A stretch of DNA of 64,000 bases from NCBI RefSeq assembly GCF_006345805.1, contig NC_043003.1, positions 12,648,001 to 12,712,000 of the forward strand, read 5' to 3'. Source of the DNA: Octopus sinensis (lineage: Eukaryota). The notes beneath the pieces were generated by a model that ran no database searches, was not told the DNA's origin, and worked only from the letters and a program-made list of their open reading frames with translations. The first letter of the stretch is position 1. Each line of letters begins with the position of its first letter. The position numbers and the translations under genes are program-made. Shown in pieces: positions 61,322 to 64,000 of the stretch.

Positions 61322-63742
61322 TTTGATACTTTGATACTTTGATAGGTTTCGGCCATTATTGGCCCAGGCCATGTCTAACTTAATAGCACCACCTGGTGAA
61401 GTCTTTCAAGTCAGAATTTGGGCACTATGGCCCACTCAAGTAGAGAGTTATTGTTTACAGAGACATATCCGGGTGTAAGGGGTTTATCCGGATTTCTTGA
61501 AGGAATCTGTCCAAAGACTTCTTGAACCCTATAGGGTCAGTTTCTGTTTTAATGTGTTTTGGTGTAATGTTAAAGAGAGCGGGGCCAATTGAGGTGAAAT
61601 AATTGTGCCGTATTGTTGTTATGAGATGAGAGTGTGCGATTTTTTGTTTTGGGCGGATGGCACGGGGCCCAAGCCTTGGATGTACCTTAAGGTGATGCCA
61701 ACATCATTTGGGCAATGCTGATGGAATATTTTCCACATCATGCAGATGATGTAGCGCTCACGACGACGTTGGAAGAATAGAGTTTTAGCTTTTCTAGTCG
61801 ACCCCAATAGTCGAGGCCTGTCATGCCATCTATCTTTTTTGTGATTGCCCTTTGAGGTGCTTCAACTTTTATGATACCTTGTATTGTGTGGGGAGACCAC
61901 AGTGGACAACAGTATTCAAGGTGGGGTCGGGCAAAAGTGGAGAAGAGAAGGATAATGGTGTGGATATTTCTCGACTGGAAAGTTCTGAGAATCCAGGAAC
62001 ACATTCTGCGGGCCATGTCAACTTTGGTGTTTATATGAGTGGCCCAGCTTACGTTGTTGTCCACAATTACTCCCAAGTCTCTGATGTTGTTGGACGCCGC
62101 GAGAGTTTCACCTGAAGGAAGGGAGTATGGGAGTTTCAGGGCATCCTCTTTTCCAAAGTGGATTAGCTCAAATTATCCTCGTTCAGCAGCATATTGTTTT
62201 TTTCTGTCCATTGGATAACAGCCAGTAGATCTGACTGAAGGCATGTCCGGTCACTCGCCTCATTTATGACCTTCTGTAGCTTGAGTCATCTGCAAAGATT
62301 TTTATGTTGCTGTGCTTGATGATGTCATTAATGTCATTAATGTAAATGATGAAAAGAAGTGGGCCCAGCACAGTGCCTTGCGGAACGCCACTACTGACTT
62401 TGGCTGGGCTTGATTTTACCCCTTCAACTACAACATGTTGAGATTTGTCTGTCAGGAACACTTAATCCATTTCAGTAACTTTCCAGAGACACCAATGTTG
62501 GATAGTTTTTTCAATAGGATCTTGTGATCGACCCTGTCGAAGGCCTTACTGAAATCAAGGTAGATGACATCGGTGTTGGAGCCCTCTCCCAAAGCTCTCA
62601 AAATGTCCTCAAAGTGATGCAGGAGCTGCGTTAGGCAGTCCCTTCCATTACGGAACCCATGTTGGTTGGAGATCAGCCGTCTGTTGCTTTCCAGAAATTG
62701 GGTTATTCGAGATCTCACCACCCTCTCAAATACCTTGATGATATGAGAGGTGAGTGAGATCGGACGGTAATGCACTGCAAGGGACTTGTTTCCCCTTTTT
62801 GAAAACTGGGACAACAGACTGGGACAGAAGGTTTTTTGGAATATAGCCAGCATCCAGTGAGTTTCTCCACAGATTAGCAAGGGGAGATGCAAGTTGGTGT
62901 CGACACACCTCAGGACACAAGCAGGGAACCTATCGGGGCCTACTGCTGAATTGTGTTTTATTTCGTTTATCGCCGCTAAGACATCAGGGGCACTAAACGT
63001 TATGTCCGATATAGTGTGTTGGGGGTTGACATCACTGATACAGCCCAGATCGGCCATATCAGGATTGCTGAAAACAGAGCAGTATTGTTTCTGCAGTATC
63101 TCGGCCATGGATTTGGCATTATCTTGGAGAGTGCCAGTTTCGTCAATTAGAGGCCTACAGTGGAGACAGTGACCCTGCGTTTCCTCGCAAATGAAAAGAA
63201 CACTTTGGGGTTGAGTTTGATTTTTTCAATGGCCCACTTCTCCTCAGCTGATCTTTGGTATTGATGAGGATCTTCATGCATTGTTGGAGGTTATATTTTT
63301 TGGATTCAAGCAGTGCGATAGCCGTCGAATGTGTGTGTTGCTGTTGGCAGTACTTTAGTTTGTTAATTTTTTTGTTTGTTCTTTTTATTTTTCTGATAAT
63401 GGTTTTTCTGTTTTGGGGGATTCTGCACTTTTTGTTCACAGGTCTTGGTGGGGAGTGTTTTGCACATATGTCTGTGACGGTGTCTACAAAGATCTGCCAA
63501 GATGTTTTATGGTTGGTGGAGATGTGTAGATCTGCCAAGATGTTTTATGGTTGGTGGAGATGTGTAGATCTGCCAAGATGTTTTATATATATATATATAC
63601 GACGGGCTTCTTTCAGTTTCCGTCGACCAAATCCACTCACAAGGCTTTGGTCGGCTCGAGGCTATAGTAGAAGACACTTGCCTAAGGTGCCACGCAGTGG
63701 GACTGAACCCGGAACCTTACCACACAGCCACTCCTGCGCCTA
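61078..63742 (-). mobile_element. Single SINE family A split at its internal (TA)n by a CR1 insertion
   Basis: Head half at about 63600-63742 and tail half at about 61078-61290, same orientation, each ending in (TA)n. Confidence 0.8.
61321..63584 (-). mobile_element. CR1-clade LINE, 5'-truncated, frameshifted
   Basis: YRPISLTS, QHGFR, YLDFSKAFDRVDH, SGVPQGTVLGPLLF, FADD, RPHLEYC..LWSP. 3' end is a hairpin followed by three copies of the octamer TATCAAAG (61321-61344), a CR1-type tail. Confidence 0.93.
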
Positions 63743-64000
63743 TAGGCAAAATAGTTATTAAACCAAAGTGAGTTTAGACAAAAATGTCTTTAGACTATAG
63801 TGTATTTATACAAAAGTCACTTTAGACCAAAGTTCTTTAGACCATAGCGCATCAGACCGAAGTGTCTTAGACGAAAAGTCCTAGATCCTATACAAATATG
63901 TGCCTACATATTTGCTCTCGTGTATTTAGGGGAAGTAGCAAAGTCGACCTCAGCAGAATTTGAACTCAGAATGTAGCGGCAGACGAAATACCGCTCAGCA

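Larger units (their letters stand above)
60906..63888. mobile_element. MULE/foldback-like MITE with internally repetitive TIRs, expanded by nested insertions
   Basis: Arrays of about 15-bp cactttggtctaa-like units at 60906-61015 and, inverted, at about 63760-63888. Termini GGAT / ATCC. Flanks tatacaacg (60897-60905) / tatacaaat (63889-63897). Confidence 0.65.

Overview
Eukaryotic (animal) genomic DNA, most likely an octopus or other coleoid cephalopod. This is inferred from the repeat landscape: tRNA-derived SINE families, very long (TA)n/(TATG)n/(TTA)n tracts and R4/Dong LINEs. The species cannot be fixed from sequence alone. Only one protein-coding gene is well supported: three-exon MRPL27 (mitochondrial ribosomal protein L27, 142 aa, + strand, 5883-9884) with phase-compatible GT-AG introns. 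There is one diverged U6 snRNA copy (about 13923-14027). Almost everything else is mobile DNA: at least three SINE families; R4/Dong, Tx1-like, CR1, RTE and HERO/NeSL-like LINE fragments; a Gypsy gag-protease remnant; mariner and piggyBac remnants; MULE-, Merlin/hAT- and piggyBac-type MITEs; and non-autonomous Helitrons. The most interesting signal is a set of small fold-back elements that abut (TA)n tracts and carry type-I hammerhead ribozyme folds. These include a family with a long, covarying stem II, a 193-bp-arm palindrome with a ribozyme on each strand, a tRNA-headed SINE with a ribozyme tail, and a family with a non-canonical CUGUYGA core. Most ORFs in the supplied track are artefacts of microsatellites or SINEs. 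All RNA folds and alignments were done by eye, and repeat boundaries are approximate unless a TSD is quoted.
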